Below are positions 19,713 through 28,918 of a DNA stretch of 53,459 nt, piece by piece. The stretch's first letter is position 1; each line of letters begins with the position of its first letter. The notes beneath the pieces are model-generated. The model had not been told where the DNA came from, ran no database searches, and saw nothing but the letters and a program-made list of their open reading frames with translations. Made by a program: the position numbers and the translations under genes. The DNA comes from Deltaproteobacteria bacterium (GTDB lineage: Bacteria > Desulfobacterota > QYQD01): assembly GCA_007280345.1 (NCBI GenBank), contig QYQD01000190.1:1-53459 (forward strand), read 5' to 3'.

Positions 19713-22112
19713 CTATTTTTCTTCCTTCATGAATGCCTTTACATGTTCGGCCATTTTCTTTAGGTTTTGATCCACCAGGTAGAAGACCGTTCCCTCGTCA
19801 TAGGTCCCGTCTTCTTTCCGCTTGCCGGCTTCCATGCCGGTCAGGATTTCGACGCCTTCTTCCACTGTGGAAATGGGATAGATATAGAATTTGCCCTCCC
19901 GGACTGCCTCCACCACGTCTTTTCGTAGCATCAAATCTTTTACATTTCGTTCCGGAATAATTACCCCCTGTTCGCCGGTCAGACCCAGGGCCTTGCAAAC
20001 CTCATAAAAACCTTCGATTTTTCGTGTAACCCCGCCGACAGGCAAGATTTCCCCTTTTTGGCTTACTGCCCCGGTGACGGCTATGCCTTGATATATCGGG
20101 ACATCCGCCAGGCTGGACAGCAAGGCAAAGAGTTCTGCCCCGGATGCGGAGTCGCCTTCGACCAGGCCATAGCTTTGCTCAAAACAAAGCGTGGCGGATA
20201 CAGTCAGAGGTTTGTCATGGGCAAATTTTTCTTTAAGGTATCCACCGAGGATCATAACTCCTTTGGTATGAATACGCCCGCTCAGCTCGGCTTCGCGGTC
20301 AATGGTTACTACACCTTCCTTACCGATGGAGACATTAGCGGTAATACGGGTCGGCCTTCCGAACGTATAATCGCCGAGGTCATATACTGAAAGTCCGTTT
20401 ACTTGCCCGCTTATACGGCCGTCAGTCTGTATCTTTATGGTTCCTTTGGCTATGGCTTCTTGTATTTTTTCTTCATAGAGATTGGAGCGGTATTTCTTCT
20501 CGGCGATGGCCTTTTCGACGTGGTCAGCCGTGATATACTCCTTTTTATCTTCAGTGGCCCAGAAGTGGGCTTCCTTGACTATGTCATAGATATCCGCAAG
20601 CTCCAGGGTCAGTTTGTTCTTATCGCCGGACAGTTCCGAGCTGTATTCGATGAGGCGGGCCACGCCGGTCTTATGCAGGGGCCTGAGATTTTGTTTATAA
20701 ACCATGGTCTTTAAGCAGCTTATAAACTGCTCCAGCTTGGCTGGTTGATTGTCCATTTCCACGTCAAGATGGGCCTTGACCTTGAACAGTTCCCGGAAGG
20801 TCTCGTCATAATTGTAAAGTAAGTAGTAGATATATGGATCACCGATGAGGATGGTTTTTACCCGCAGCGGGACAGGTTCCGGCTTGAGGGTTTTGGTTGT
20901 GATGTAACCAAATTGTTCGGCGAGGCCCTCGATGCGTATTTCCTTATTTTTTATAGTCCTTTTCAGCGCCTCATAGGAAAAAAACCACTTCAAAAGATCC
21001 AGCACCTTGATAATTAAATACCCGCCATTGGCCTGGTGCAGGGCGCCGGGCTTGATCATGGTGAAGTCGGTGAAAAGGGCGCCGAATTGGGCCTTGTATT
21101 CTATGGTCCCAAAGAGGTTCGGATAGTTGGGATTGGTGCAATAGACCACCGGGGCCCCTTTAAGTTTCGAATTATCTATGAGCACATTGACCTCATAGCG
21201 CGTAAATGACGGGGCGGGAGAAGCTATTGGGAATGGCCCGGCAGGTGCGGCCTTTTGTTTAAAGTCATCTATATGCTTAATCACGTCATCCTGTACATCT
21301 TGCAGGTAGGTGACTACTGCCGGATGCGATCTGTATTTTTCTTTGAGGTCATCGATAAAATGGCCTACGGCCTGGAGAGTTACGTCTCTATCTAACCCCT
21401 TTAACTCGGCGCGAAATTCCTTTTCCATCTGTTGTATCTTGTGAGCGGCAATGTTCATCTCTTTTTGCAGGGCCTCACTTTTAGCCCGGAGCCCGGCCCT
21501 CTGCCCGTCAGAAAGGGCCTTGATATCCTCCTGCGCGAGGGGTGTTCCATCTTCTTTGGCCGGGATGACCATCATACCGCCTTGATCTACATTCAGGGCA
21601 AACCCTTCCTGCCTGGCTCGTTCTTCCAGTTCTTCAAAGATTTTTGCCCGGCGGGCGTTAAATCCCTTAATAATCTCTTCTTTGCGCGTCAGATAGTATT
21701 CACTTCCAAAGACCTCAGGTATCTGCATCTTGAGATTTTCGATGAGTTCTTCCATATCTTTCTGAAATTCTCTGCCCTCGCCCACTGGAAGTTCTATAGC
21801 TATTGACTTGTCCGGTTCCTTGAAGTTATGCACATAACACCAGTCGGGAGGCACATCCTGTTTGTCGGCTATATCTTCCAGAAAGGATTTGACGATGTAG
21901 CTCATGCCCGTATTCGGAGCGCCGGCCATATAAACATTATATTCCAGGTCTGACATCTTAATGCCGAACTTCAGGGCATTAACCGCGCGTTCCTGGCCTA
22001 TAACGCCATTTTTCAAGGTAAGCACCTCGTCTGTGGTGGTGAATCCAAGGGTTTCCGGATCGCAGGTCCTTCTCAACTCGGAGATAGACGCTTCTTTGAA
22101 TTTTTTCGCCAT
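19713..22112 (-). CDS. Lon-like protease of the LonC type (degenerate AAA-like module plus S16 Ser-Lys protease domain)
   Basis: The C-terminal protease domain has VEGDSASGAE (Ser) and GGVTRKIEG (Lys). The P-loop position reads GAPNTGMS (Lys replaced by Met). A long charged helical insertion is present (RRAKIFEELEERARQEG...QKEMNIAAHKIQQMEKEFRAELK). About 800 aa, as in ATP-independent LonC. Confidence 0.75.
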   Translation of the reverse strand: MAKKFKEASISELRRTCDPETLGFTTTDEVLTLKNGVIGQERAVNALKFGIKMSDLEYNVYMAGAPNTGMSYIVKSFLEDIADKQDVPPDWCYVHNFKEPDKSIAIELPVGEGREFQKDMEELIENLKMQIPEVFGSEYYLTRKEEIIKGFNARRAKIFEELEERARQEGFALNVDQGGMMVIPAKEDGTPLAQEDIKALSDGQRAGLRAKSEALQKEMNIAAHKIQQMEKEFRAELKGLDRDVTLQAVGHFIDDLKEKYRSHPAVVTYLQDVQDDVIKHIDDFKQKAAPAGPFPIASPAPSFTRYEVNVLIDNSKLKGAPVVYCTNPNYPNLFGTIEYKAQFGALFTDFTMIKPGALHQANGGYLIIKVLDLLKWFFSYEALKRTIKNKEIRIEGLAEQFGYITTKTLKPEPVPLRVKTILIGDPYIYYLLYNYDETFRELFKVKAHLDVEMDNQPAKLEQFISCLKTMVYKQNLRPLHKTGVARLIEYSSELSGDKNKLTLELADIYDIVKEAHFWATEDKKEYITADHVEKAIAEKKYRSNLYEEKIQEAIAKGTIKIQTDGRISGQVNGLSVYDLGDYTFGRPTRITANVSIGKEGVVTIDREAELSGRIHTKGVMILGGYLKEKFAHDKPLTVSATLCFEQSYGLVEGDSASGAELFALLSSLADVPIYQGIAVTGAVSQKGEILPVGGVTRKIEGFYEVCKALGLTGEQGVIIPERNVKDLMLRKDVVEAVREGKFYIYPISTVEEGVEILTGMEAGKRKEDGTYDEGTVFYLVDQNLKKMAEHVKAFMKEEK

Positions 22113-22257
22113 AAGCCGTCCCGTGTAGGAGAATTAGTCTGTTAGGGTGCTTTACTCTACATGAAAAACGATAGGGTTGGCAAGTGAAAACGTTTGATGT
22201 GTACGGCGGGTAGCGGATAGCGTATAGCGCGGAGGGGCCCGGAAGGTGGTCTTTTAA

Positions 22258-22881
22258 TCACCACTTTCTATTCCACAGGTCTGTGAAATATTTTACCTTA
22301 CAACTGTGCTCTACAGACGAAAGAATCACAAATGCCTCATCGACCGTGTTTCCCCGGGCAAAGACGCCGTGTCCTCTGACCAGAACAGCTTTGTGATCGC
22401 ACAGGGCTACCGCCGCACTTTGGCCAAGTTCTTTGGACCCTACGCCCCCCTGAATGATGGGTATTCCATGCAGTAGATAGGTACTTTCCGAATCCTCAGC
22501 GCGCAGTTCGGTTCCGGCCGGATATAAGAGAGACAGGACTACAGCGAATTCAGAGTGGCCATGTAAGATAGCGAGAGCCGAGGTTTCCTCGTATATTTCC
22601 CTGTGGACGACCAGTTCTGTTGAGGCTATCATATCCAGTGAAGATGGCCCGGAAAGTGAGACTTCCACGATCTGGCCTTCCAGTTCGTCAAGCATGCTCC
22701 CGGTCGTGCTTATCAGTATCCGGTCACTGATACGTTTGCTGACGTTGCCGAAATGTGAGTGGGCCAGCCCTTGGGCCACCATTTTCTTTCCGTATTTGAT
22801 TAACTCTTCCATTTCTCCTGCGGCGAATCCACCGACCTGCCCACCCAAACATAGGTGTACGATAGCTACTATATTGTGCAA
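22258..22881 (-). CDS. Class II aldolase/adducin-domain protein
   Basis: Motifs HFGNVS, ISTTGS, ILHGHSEFAV and LVRGHGVFARG. The start may instead be the internal Met at 22812 (MEELIKYGKK). Confidence 0.8.
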   Translation of the reverse strand: MHNIVAIVHLCLGGQVGGFAAGEMEELIKYGKKMVAQGLAHSHFGNVSKRISDRILISTTGSMLDELEGQIVEVSLSGPSSLDMIASTELVVHREIYEETSALAILHGHSEFAVVLSLLYPAGTELRAEDSESTYLLHGIPIIQGGVGSKELGQSAAVALCDHKAVLVRGHGVFARGNTVDEAFVILSSVEHSCKVKYFTDLWNRKW

Positions 22882-23099
22882 GGGAAGTCAAATCCAAAAC
22901 TACTTGAAAAAAGGGTGACACAGGAGGGTAAAATTTTTTACAATATATTGTCCTTGACACAGAAGTTATCGAGGCCATACAACATTTGCGCTAAATTTTC
23001 TTAAATATTTTGATGAGGTATGCTATAAGAGCAGTATATGGGTGACGGTCGTTTCAGATGTTTGTTCGCAATACCAGCCTTGTTACACTTATAGGCAAC

Positions 23100-23195
23100 G
23101 TCATTAGTCATCGGTCACCTGTCTGCCGACAGGCAGGTTGGTTAAGTATGGAAGATTTTACTTTTACCAGTGACAAATGACTATTGACTAATGAC
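23100..23195. repeat. Inverted-repeat element in the divergent aldolase / response-regulator spacer
   Basis: GTCATTAGTCATCGGTCAC (23100-23118) is an inverted match to GTGACAAATGACTATTGACTAATGAC (23170-23195). A central hairpin CCTGTC-TGCC-GACAGG is present. Confidence 0.45.
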
Positions 23196-23221
23196 ACTCA
23201 CTATAGATACGGTGATCCGCG

Positions 23222-23722
23222 ATGCGGAAGCTTTTGCTAATCGATGACGAAGAAGGCGTAAGAAACATTTTAGGCCTTTCTTTAAGGAACGACGGGTATA
23301 ATGTTTTATTGGCCGGAGATGGTCGGAAGGGCCTGGAACTGTTGAAAACCGAGCAGCCGGATATAGTCCTGACCGATATAAAAATGCCCGGTATGGATGG
23401 CATTGAAGTCTTAAAGAAGATTAAAGAAACCAGACCGGAAACAGAGGTTATTGTTATTACCGGCCATGGAGATATGAACATGGCCATCAAGTCACTCCAA
23501 TCGGATGCCTCTGACTTTATAACTAAACCGGTGAGTGACGAGGCGCTTTCCATTGCCCTGGCCCGGGCTGAAAACAGACTGGAGACGAGGGCCAAACTCC
23601 GGGAATATACCAATAACATGGAGAATCTAGTCAGGGGAAAGACCGGGGAGCTTGAGAAGACTTACAAAGGGATGGAGGCCTTCTATAACATATATCAACA
23701 GATCAGCGACAAGCCTCTTTAA
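23222..23722 (+). CDS. CheY-like response regulator receiver domain protein (probably the N-terminal part of a frameshifted REC-sensor fusion)
   Basis: DDEEG, the phosphoacceptor context IVLTDIKMPGMDG, VITGHG and FITKP show an intact receiver. The C-terminal helical linker ends abruptly at 23722. Confidence 0.85.
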   Translation: MRKLLLIDDEEGVRNILGLSLRNDGYNVLLAGDGRKGLELLKTEQPDIVLTDIKMPGMDGIEVLKKIKETRPETEVIVITGHGDMNMAIKSLQSDASDFITKPVSDEALSIALARAENRLETRAKLREYTNNMENLVRGKTGELEKTYKGMEAFYNIYQQISDKPL

Positions 23723-23742
23723 AAGAGGTTCTTGATTTTATA

Positions 23743-24138
23743 ATGGGTAAGGTAGGCGAGTTCATTAATTATCAGCACGTACAGCCCTTGATCTTTAATG
23801 GACGGAAGGATGGTTTTGTTGTCATTGAAGGCTATGAGCCGATAGGATCTGAAATGGGAACTACCGAGGTAAGGGAGCTGGCCTCTGTTGTAGTCGAGCC
23901 GATAACGCTCAAAGAAACCCAGTTTGATAGCCTGTGCGTTAAGGGATTAAATAGGCCGCTCCGGGTGCTCATCCCCCTCGTGAAGCATGGCGATGTTATC
24001 GGCGATATCGTGAGTTATAGGCGTGAGGCCATTTCAGAGAAAGATGTCAGGTTCATATATCTTATGGTTTTAAATTGCCCTGATGAACCAGCGAGAAGAC
24101 AAAAAACAGTTTTTACGGTTGCGGGAATGAGTTTATAA
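23743..24138 (+). CDS. GAF-like small-molecule-binding domain fragment (likely continuation of the preceding gene in another frame)
   Basis: This reading frame is open upstream to 23689 and there encodes ...SLKEVLDFIMGKV, a typical GAF-domain opening helix that overlaps the end of the receiver ORF. Confidence 0.5.
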   Translation: MGKVGEFINYQHVQPLIFNGRKDGFVVIEGYEPIGSEMGTTEVRELASVVVEPITLKETQFDSLCVKGLNRPLRVLIPLVKHGDVIGDIVSYRREAISEKDVRFIYLMVLNCPDEPARRQKTVFTVAGMSL

Positions 24139-24223
24139 AAAGCCTCCCGGACCAGCCGCAGGCCTTAATAGAGAGTCATCTGCGTATGTATCTTTGAGGT
24201 ACCGGCTTCAGCCCTGGCCGAGG

Positions 24224-24643
24224 CTATTTTCTAAAGGCGCCTTTAAGTAAATCCTTTGTGGAGACAACTCCTATGGCGTTACCGCTTGTGCCCCATACTA
24301 ATATGTGGTGAATCCCGCCGCTGGCCATTACTTTTAAGGCATTTTCTATGGTCTCGTCTTCGAAAAGCTGGATGCAGGGGATTTTTGCCGCCTTTTTGGT
24401 TAGCAGCTCACAGGAGGTCATAAACTCTGAGGCCTTGGTCTGGTCAATGTTTTCCCCTCGCGATATATTATCAGCCACATCTGTATCCGTAATGACGCCA
24501 ACTATTTCCTCTCCGCTCTTTACCACGCAGGCGCTGGCATCACTCTCTGCTATCTTCTCGGCTACAGTTCTTAAGTTATCATCCATACTACAGCTCGGGG
24601 CCTCCGCACTTATGCAGGTATTGATAGTTGCCTTAACATTCAT
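24224..24643 (-). CDS. CBS-domain pair protein
   Basis: 139 aa with two CBS repeats (VVKSGEEIVGVITDTDV; HILVWGTSGNAIGVVSTKDLL). Confidence 0.85.
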   Translation of the reverse strand: MNVKATINTCISAEAPSCSMDDNLRTVAEKIAESDASACVVKSGEEIVGVITDTDVADNISRGENIDQTKASEFMTSCELLTKKAAKIPCIQLFEDETIENALKVMASGGIHHILVWGTSGNAIGVVSTKDLLKGAFRK

Positions 24644-24851
24644 CTCCGCTCCTCCTTAAGTGTGATTGATAGATGAACCACTTATTCCCGGACCCGCATC
24701 CGCAAAATCTTTAGCGATGTCCCTGGTTAAAAGGATACTAAATGCGACTACGATGTGTCAATAAAAATATCTCGCCGGATACAGACATGGTCACCCGTCA
24801 GGTGGCAGGGCCGGCAGCCTGTGCCCGAGCTATAGGCAGCAAGGGAGGAAA

Positions 24852-25763
24852 TCAGGGGATAAGGAGAATGGGCAGGTCTATATTTTTCGTTACTTCGTGG
24901 GAGACACTTCCCAACCACCTTGCCCGCCAGGCGCCTTTTCCCGTTGTCCCGCTGACGATCATGGTGGCGTCAAGCTCACGAGCCGCAGTTTCTATTTGGT
25001 CCACGACTTGTCCTACGTAAAGGTGGGTATCGGCTTCAATCTTAGCCCCTTCAAAGGTCAGACGAACCTCTTCCAGCCGCTTTTTGCTTTCCTTTTCTAT
25101 TTTTTGCAGCTCTGTCTTAGAGCGTCCTTCCATCTCTTTCTCGGTCAGGATATGGATAATCTCTACTTTCTTTGTTATGTTTTTTAGCCCTAAGAGGTAT
25201 TCTATTGCCCTGGCACAGGGGGCAGACCAATCCGTGGCCAGGAGTGGCTTTTCAAATGGGGCTTTGTTGATCTTACCGTCCCTGGTCATGTATTTATGGA
25301 CCAGGACAGGGACGGTGGTCCTCCGTAGAAGCTCCAGGGTCTGGGAATCTATATAGAGCCCCTTCATTTTGGCCTTTTTGTGGCGACCGGTGACAACAAG
25401 ATCTACTTTTTCGATCTCTGCTGTGGATAAGATTTTGGGGACCGGGTCACCCACTACGACGTAGGCGCCACATTCCATGCCCATTTCAAACAGGCTCTCC
25501 GCCCAATCGATAAACCGGACATTGGCCATTTCCTTGAGTTTTAGTTCTTCACTCTTAAGATAGCCGGTTCCCCGGCGCATGGCCACCTTTTCTCTCTCTA
25601 TTACATGTAACAATACTACGTGATTAAGACCCACCTTGCGAAGATCCATCAGCGACTGAAGGGCATCAAACCACAATTTCTCAAAGTCGGTTACGAAGAG
25701 CAGCTTCTTAATTTGCATAAGTCTCATATCCTTCCCAAGTAAAGATGAATAAATAACACCCAT
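24852..25763 (-). CDS. Tandem universal stress protein (two UspA domains)
   Basis: Two USP units (KKLLFVTDF...LVVTGRHKK; LLATDWS...MIVSGTTGKGAWRARWLGSVSHEVT). The start is probably an internal Met (MRLMQIKK). Confidence 0.85.
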   Translation of the reverse strand: MGVIYSSLLGKDMRLMQIKKLLFVTDFEKLWFDALQSLMDLRKVGLNHVVLLHVIEREKVAMRRGTGYLKSEELKLKEMANVRFIDWAESLFEMGMECGAYVVVGDPVPKILSTAEIEKVDLVVTGRHKKAKMKGLYIDSQTLELLRRTTVPVLVHKYMTRDGKINKAPFEKPLLATDWSAPCARAIEYLLGLKNITKKVEIIHILTEKEMEGRSKTELQKIEKESKKRLEEVRLTFEGAKIEADTHLYVGQVVDQIETAARELDATMIVSGTTGKGAWRARWLGSVSHEVTKNIDLPILLIP

Positions 25764-25967
25764 CTTGGGCTAGCACAAGCACCTTGTCAACATTTATGTT
25801 CTTCCCCAAAATAGACATTGCTTTACCAAGTTTGATGACCTCGTAAAAAGTCAAATTACATCCTCTGATAGGCGGGGCATTAATCCCATCTTAATTTTAT
25901 ACAAGAAAAAGAGATGGCTTAGGAGTCTATGTGTGGGGGGTATAGCGGAGCTATCCGGGAGAAAAAG

Positions 25968-26384
25968 CTATTTTATTTTGTCCAGCAGTCTTTCATAATA
26001 AATCTGGGTTTCTTCCAGATTTACGGGTCGCTTTTGTATGGCGTTGAGCTTCATGACCAGAAAATTCAGTTTCTTCATCTGACGATATTTTTCCTTTTCA
26101 TCGGTGAGCCCGGATAACAGGTCCTGGGCAGCCTGGATATCCTTTTTCAACTGCAGTTCCGGTGGGATACAATCGGCATTTTTTAAAATTTTATAGACCA
26201 GGCGCAGATATTCAGGGACGTGGCTATCGTCTTCGAAGACCAGGGGTTTCCCCTTGCCGGGCAGATTATCAAACTCGCCCTTTTCAATGGCTTCCCTGAT
26301 TATATTTTCAACGATGCGCTGTGGATAGATCATAAGGACAACCTTTATACTAAAAATAGCAGCAAATTTCGGTAGCCGCAACAT
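25968..26384 (-). CDS. DUF1992 / YhdN-like (DnaJC28-type) protein
   Basis: IREAIEKGEFDNLPGKGKPL...DDSHVP...YKILKNADCIPPELQLKK closely parallels E. coli YhdN. The likely start is Met at 26333. Confidence 0.8.
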   Translation of the reverse strand: MLRLPKFAAIFSIKVVLMIYPQRIVENIIREAIEKGEFDNLPGKGKPLVFEDDSHVPEYLRLVYKILKNADCIPPELQLKKDIQAAQDLLSGLTDEKEKYRQMKKLNFLVMKLNAIQKRPVNLEETQIYYERLLDKIK

Positions 26385-26436
26385 TTAAATTATCCCTTAA
26401 AAAACCAGCCTTGTTTTTTTGTCTTTTCGACCCTAT

Positions 26437-27890
26437 CGGGGTTATATCATAACATCGCAAACTAAAAAAATATCATAACATCGCAAACTAATTTTAATAT
26501 CGCCTAAACTTCTTCCAAAAACTTTTGGGAGGAGATATAGGCGATGAAGAATCAAAATGAGTATGAAAAACGCTGTAAGGCAATACAACTTTATGACGAA
26601 GGAGTCGGTTTTAATAAGATACTTCAATTGGCTCAAAGAGGCAAATTCTGGCTCTCCAAATGGCTCAACCGATTTAAAGAACAGGGGTTTGAAAGTCTCA
26701 GAGATAAAAGTCGTGCTCCAAAGAGAATCTGGAGAAAGACCCATGATCGTGTGGTTAAAAAGATCCTCTCTATTAGAGAAGAGTTGGAAGCTCACAGGAC
26801 GCGCCGTTCCGCCTTCTCTGGAATTGGAGCAGAGGTCATCCATTGGGAACTCAAACAGAGGAAGATTCGTAATGTTCCATCTATCCCCACTATCTCCAGG
26901 ATTCTCTCTCGTCATGGAAAGACCGGTAGAGTTAAGACCAAAAGAAATAACAATAATCAGCCCTATCCTTATTTTAAAGCAGAGAAGATGGGAGACCTTC
27001 ATCAAACAGACTTGGTTGGGCCAAGATACCTCAGAGGCCCAAAAGGGGTTACCCGATTCTATTCCTTTCATACTGTGGATGTGGCAGGACATACGGCATT
27101 CACCAGTCAGTTTACTGATAAGCAGACTATCTCCTTTTGTCGACATTTCATTGAAACATGGCGATTTATGGGGATTCCAGAGGTATCCCAGATGGATAAC
27201 GAGATGGCTGCCACAGGTGGAGGTCGTTATCCTCATAGCATTTCTCAGGTTATTCGCCTTCATTTGCTTTTGGGAATTCATTTTGTATTCATCCCGCAAG
27301 GAGAACCAGGAAGAAATGCCCCTATTGAAAGTTTTAATCAACTCTGGCAGGAAAGAGTGATCAGAAGACATGATTGTCCTACACTTACTTCTCTTAGAAG
27401 AACCAGTGAACGCTTTCTGCGATATTGCCATTATGAGAAACCACATAGAAGTCTTACCCAAAAAGAACACGGCACAAGATTCCCTGGCATACTCAGAGAT
27501 CGCTTCTGGAAGTCCCTCAGACATCTGCCAAGGGGTTTTGCCCTTGAAAGATATATTGATTCCAATGGACATCTTAATATCCCTATTGCAAAAGGAAAGG
27601 TCTTCTTTATCAGAAAAGTTGACTCCCATGGAAGAATTGACGTCAATGGAGCTGCTTATTTCATCAGGAAGAAACTTGAGAGGCAGTATGTTGTTGCCAC
27701 TATTTTTACTCATAGAAAGAGATTGGTTGTTAAACAAGACAATAGGATTATCAAATCTTTCTCTTTCCCGATTAAGGGTCATATTGTTGTTTCCCTACTC
27801 CCAATTACAAGGAGAAAAACTTAATTCAGTTGCGATGTTATGATATTTCTGAGCATTAAAAATAAGTTTGCGATGTTATGATAGCAATCA
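26437..27890 (+). mobile_element. Insertion sequence (single DDE transposase) with a 6-bp target-site duplication and doubled subterminal repeats
   Basis: The direct repeat CCTATC occurs at 26431-26436 and 27891-27896. The 19-nt repeat TATCATAACATCGCAAACT occurs at 26444-26462 and 26470-26488. It occurs inverted at 27865-27883 (perfect) and 27828-27845 (1-nt deletion). Confidence 0.85.
26544..27824 (+). CDS. DDE transposase (N-terminal HTH plus integrase/rve-type catalytic core; IS481/ISNCY-like)
   Basis: N-terminal HTH region (CKAIQLYDEGVGFNKILQLAQ...SRAPKR). Core with HQTDLVG, HTVDVAG and SQMDNEMAATGG...N..IESFN, an rve-like D,D,E layout. A GGAGA RBS precedes the ATG. Confidence 0.85.
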   Translation: MKNQNEYEKRCKAIQLYDEGVGFNKILQLAQRGKFWLSKWLNRFKEQGFESLRDKSRAPKRIWRKTHDRVVKKILSIREELEAHRTRRSAFSGIGAEVIHWELKQRKIRNVPSIPTISRILSRHGKTGRVKTKRNNNNQPYPYFKAEKMGDLHQTDLVGPRYLRGPKGVTRFYSFHTVDVAGHTAFTSQFTDKQTISFCRHFIETWRFMGIPEVSQMDNEMAATGGGRYPHSISQVIRLHLLLGIHFVFIPQGEPGRNAPIESFNQLWQERVIRRHDCPTLTSLRRTSERFLRYCHYEKPHRSLTQKEHGTRFPGILRDRFWKSLRHLPRGFALERYIDSNGHLNIPIAKGKVFFIRKVDSHGRIDVNGAAYFIRKKLERQYVVATIFTHRKRLVVKQDNRIIKSFSFPIKGHIVVSLLPITRRKT

Positions 27891-28021
27891 CCTATCCATT
27901 TAATATTTAAATAGATTTTTTCTTATTGTGTTATTCCGCAGATTCTTATACGATTACCCCTAATTGCAGTTCTAGATGAAAAAAGTCGAGTCGATATAAT
28001 ATATAATGTTGGGCATTACAT

Positions 28022-28744
28022 ATGAGCAAATTCGAAGAGGCATGTAGACCTATTATTTTTGAGCAGGAGCATGAGGAGTTCTCTTATTGGGGGAAAGGGT
28101 CGTCATTTCTAATTGCAAACTCTAATAATTACTATTGGGTAACAGCCTCTCATGTTCTTATAAATATGGGTGGACGCGCTGACTCTTTAAGGATTTTTCC
28201 ATCAGACAATTCGAAAATATCCGTGCCATTTAATGAGCAATACACAGTAAATAAAGGATCAACTGATGACGAGGATTACAAAGACATATTCATGCTTCGT
28301 ATCGATTTGAATGAATTTGATAGTTCCGGTGATGCTCCGCTTATAGCTCAGGATATAGAACATGGGATTTTGCGAGCAGAGCAGCTAGAACCAAATGATG
28401 AGTTATGGGTTATAGGTTATCCATCCGAGAGCAATTTCATAGACTACGATAGTTGTGAAATCAAAAATACAAGGAGTGTTCTCAGAGCTATCTATAGGGG
28501 AAGAAGTGTCTCTGATCATTGCCATGAGTTGATTGTTGAGAGCTCGATAAAACTTGAAAATTATGACGGCCTAAGTGGCAGCCCCGTTTTTCATATGAAA
28601 CAACTAAATCGTAATGGACAAGTGGCAGTGTATCCATTGTTGGTTGGCATGCTCCTAAGAGGTACTGCATCCAGCGGAATTGCGCACTTTGTTAGCTCAA
28701 GCGTTATCGTCAATATTGTTAATTTGGTGGAAAGCAATGCCTAA
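28022..28744 (+). CDS. Cytoplasmic trypsin-like (chymotrypsin-fold, Trypsin_2-type) serine peptidase
   Basis: The catalytic triad is recognisable: His in VTASHVL, Asp in KDIFMLRID, Ser in DGLSGSPVF. The N-terminus is acidic and has no signal peptide. No Shine-Dalgarno is visible. The stop codon lies inside a GCCTAAC motif. Confidence 0.75.
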   Translation: MSKFEEACRPIIFEQEHEEFSYWGKGSSFLIANSNNYYWVTASHVLINMGGRADSLRIFPSDNSKISVPFNEQYTVNKGSTDDEDYKDIFMLRIDLNEFDSSGDAPLIAQDIEHGILRAEQLEPNDELWVIGYPSESNFIDYDSCEIKNTRSVLRAIYRGRSVSDHCHELIVESSIKLENYDGLSGSPVFHMKQLNRNGQVAVYPLLVGMLLRGTASSGIAHFVSSSVIVNIVNLVESNA

Positions 28745-28918
28745 CCAGCGCGTGGAGGCGGACGCGCAGAAGCGGCGCGCCGCTCACGCCCCGCATTGAA
28801 TCTGTAGAAAAAGTCCGTTGAGAACTTCAAAGATGAGTCCTGAAAAAAATCGGCTTCACAGAATGCTCCAGGATCGACGATCTTCCTATCGGGAGGGGTT
28901 TTGCACCCCCTAATTTCA

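Noticed and set aside
26557-27843. The +1-frame ORFs inside the IS, considered as an IS3-style OrfA/OrfB programmed-frameshift arrangement.
   Set aside because: The complete HTH plus DDE transposase is encoded in a single frame (26544-27824). No slippery heptamer or orfA-type stop layout was seen. The open +1 frame is reported only as a compositional anomaly.
26384-28021. An integron integrase (intI) or attI site adjacent to the cassette-like ORFs.
   Set aside because: After mentally removing the IS, only about 160 bp separate the YhdN-like gene from the first GTTGGGC box. No tyrosine-recombinase ORF exists in this window.
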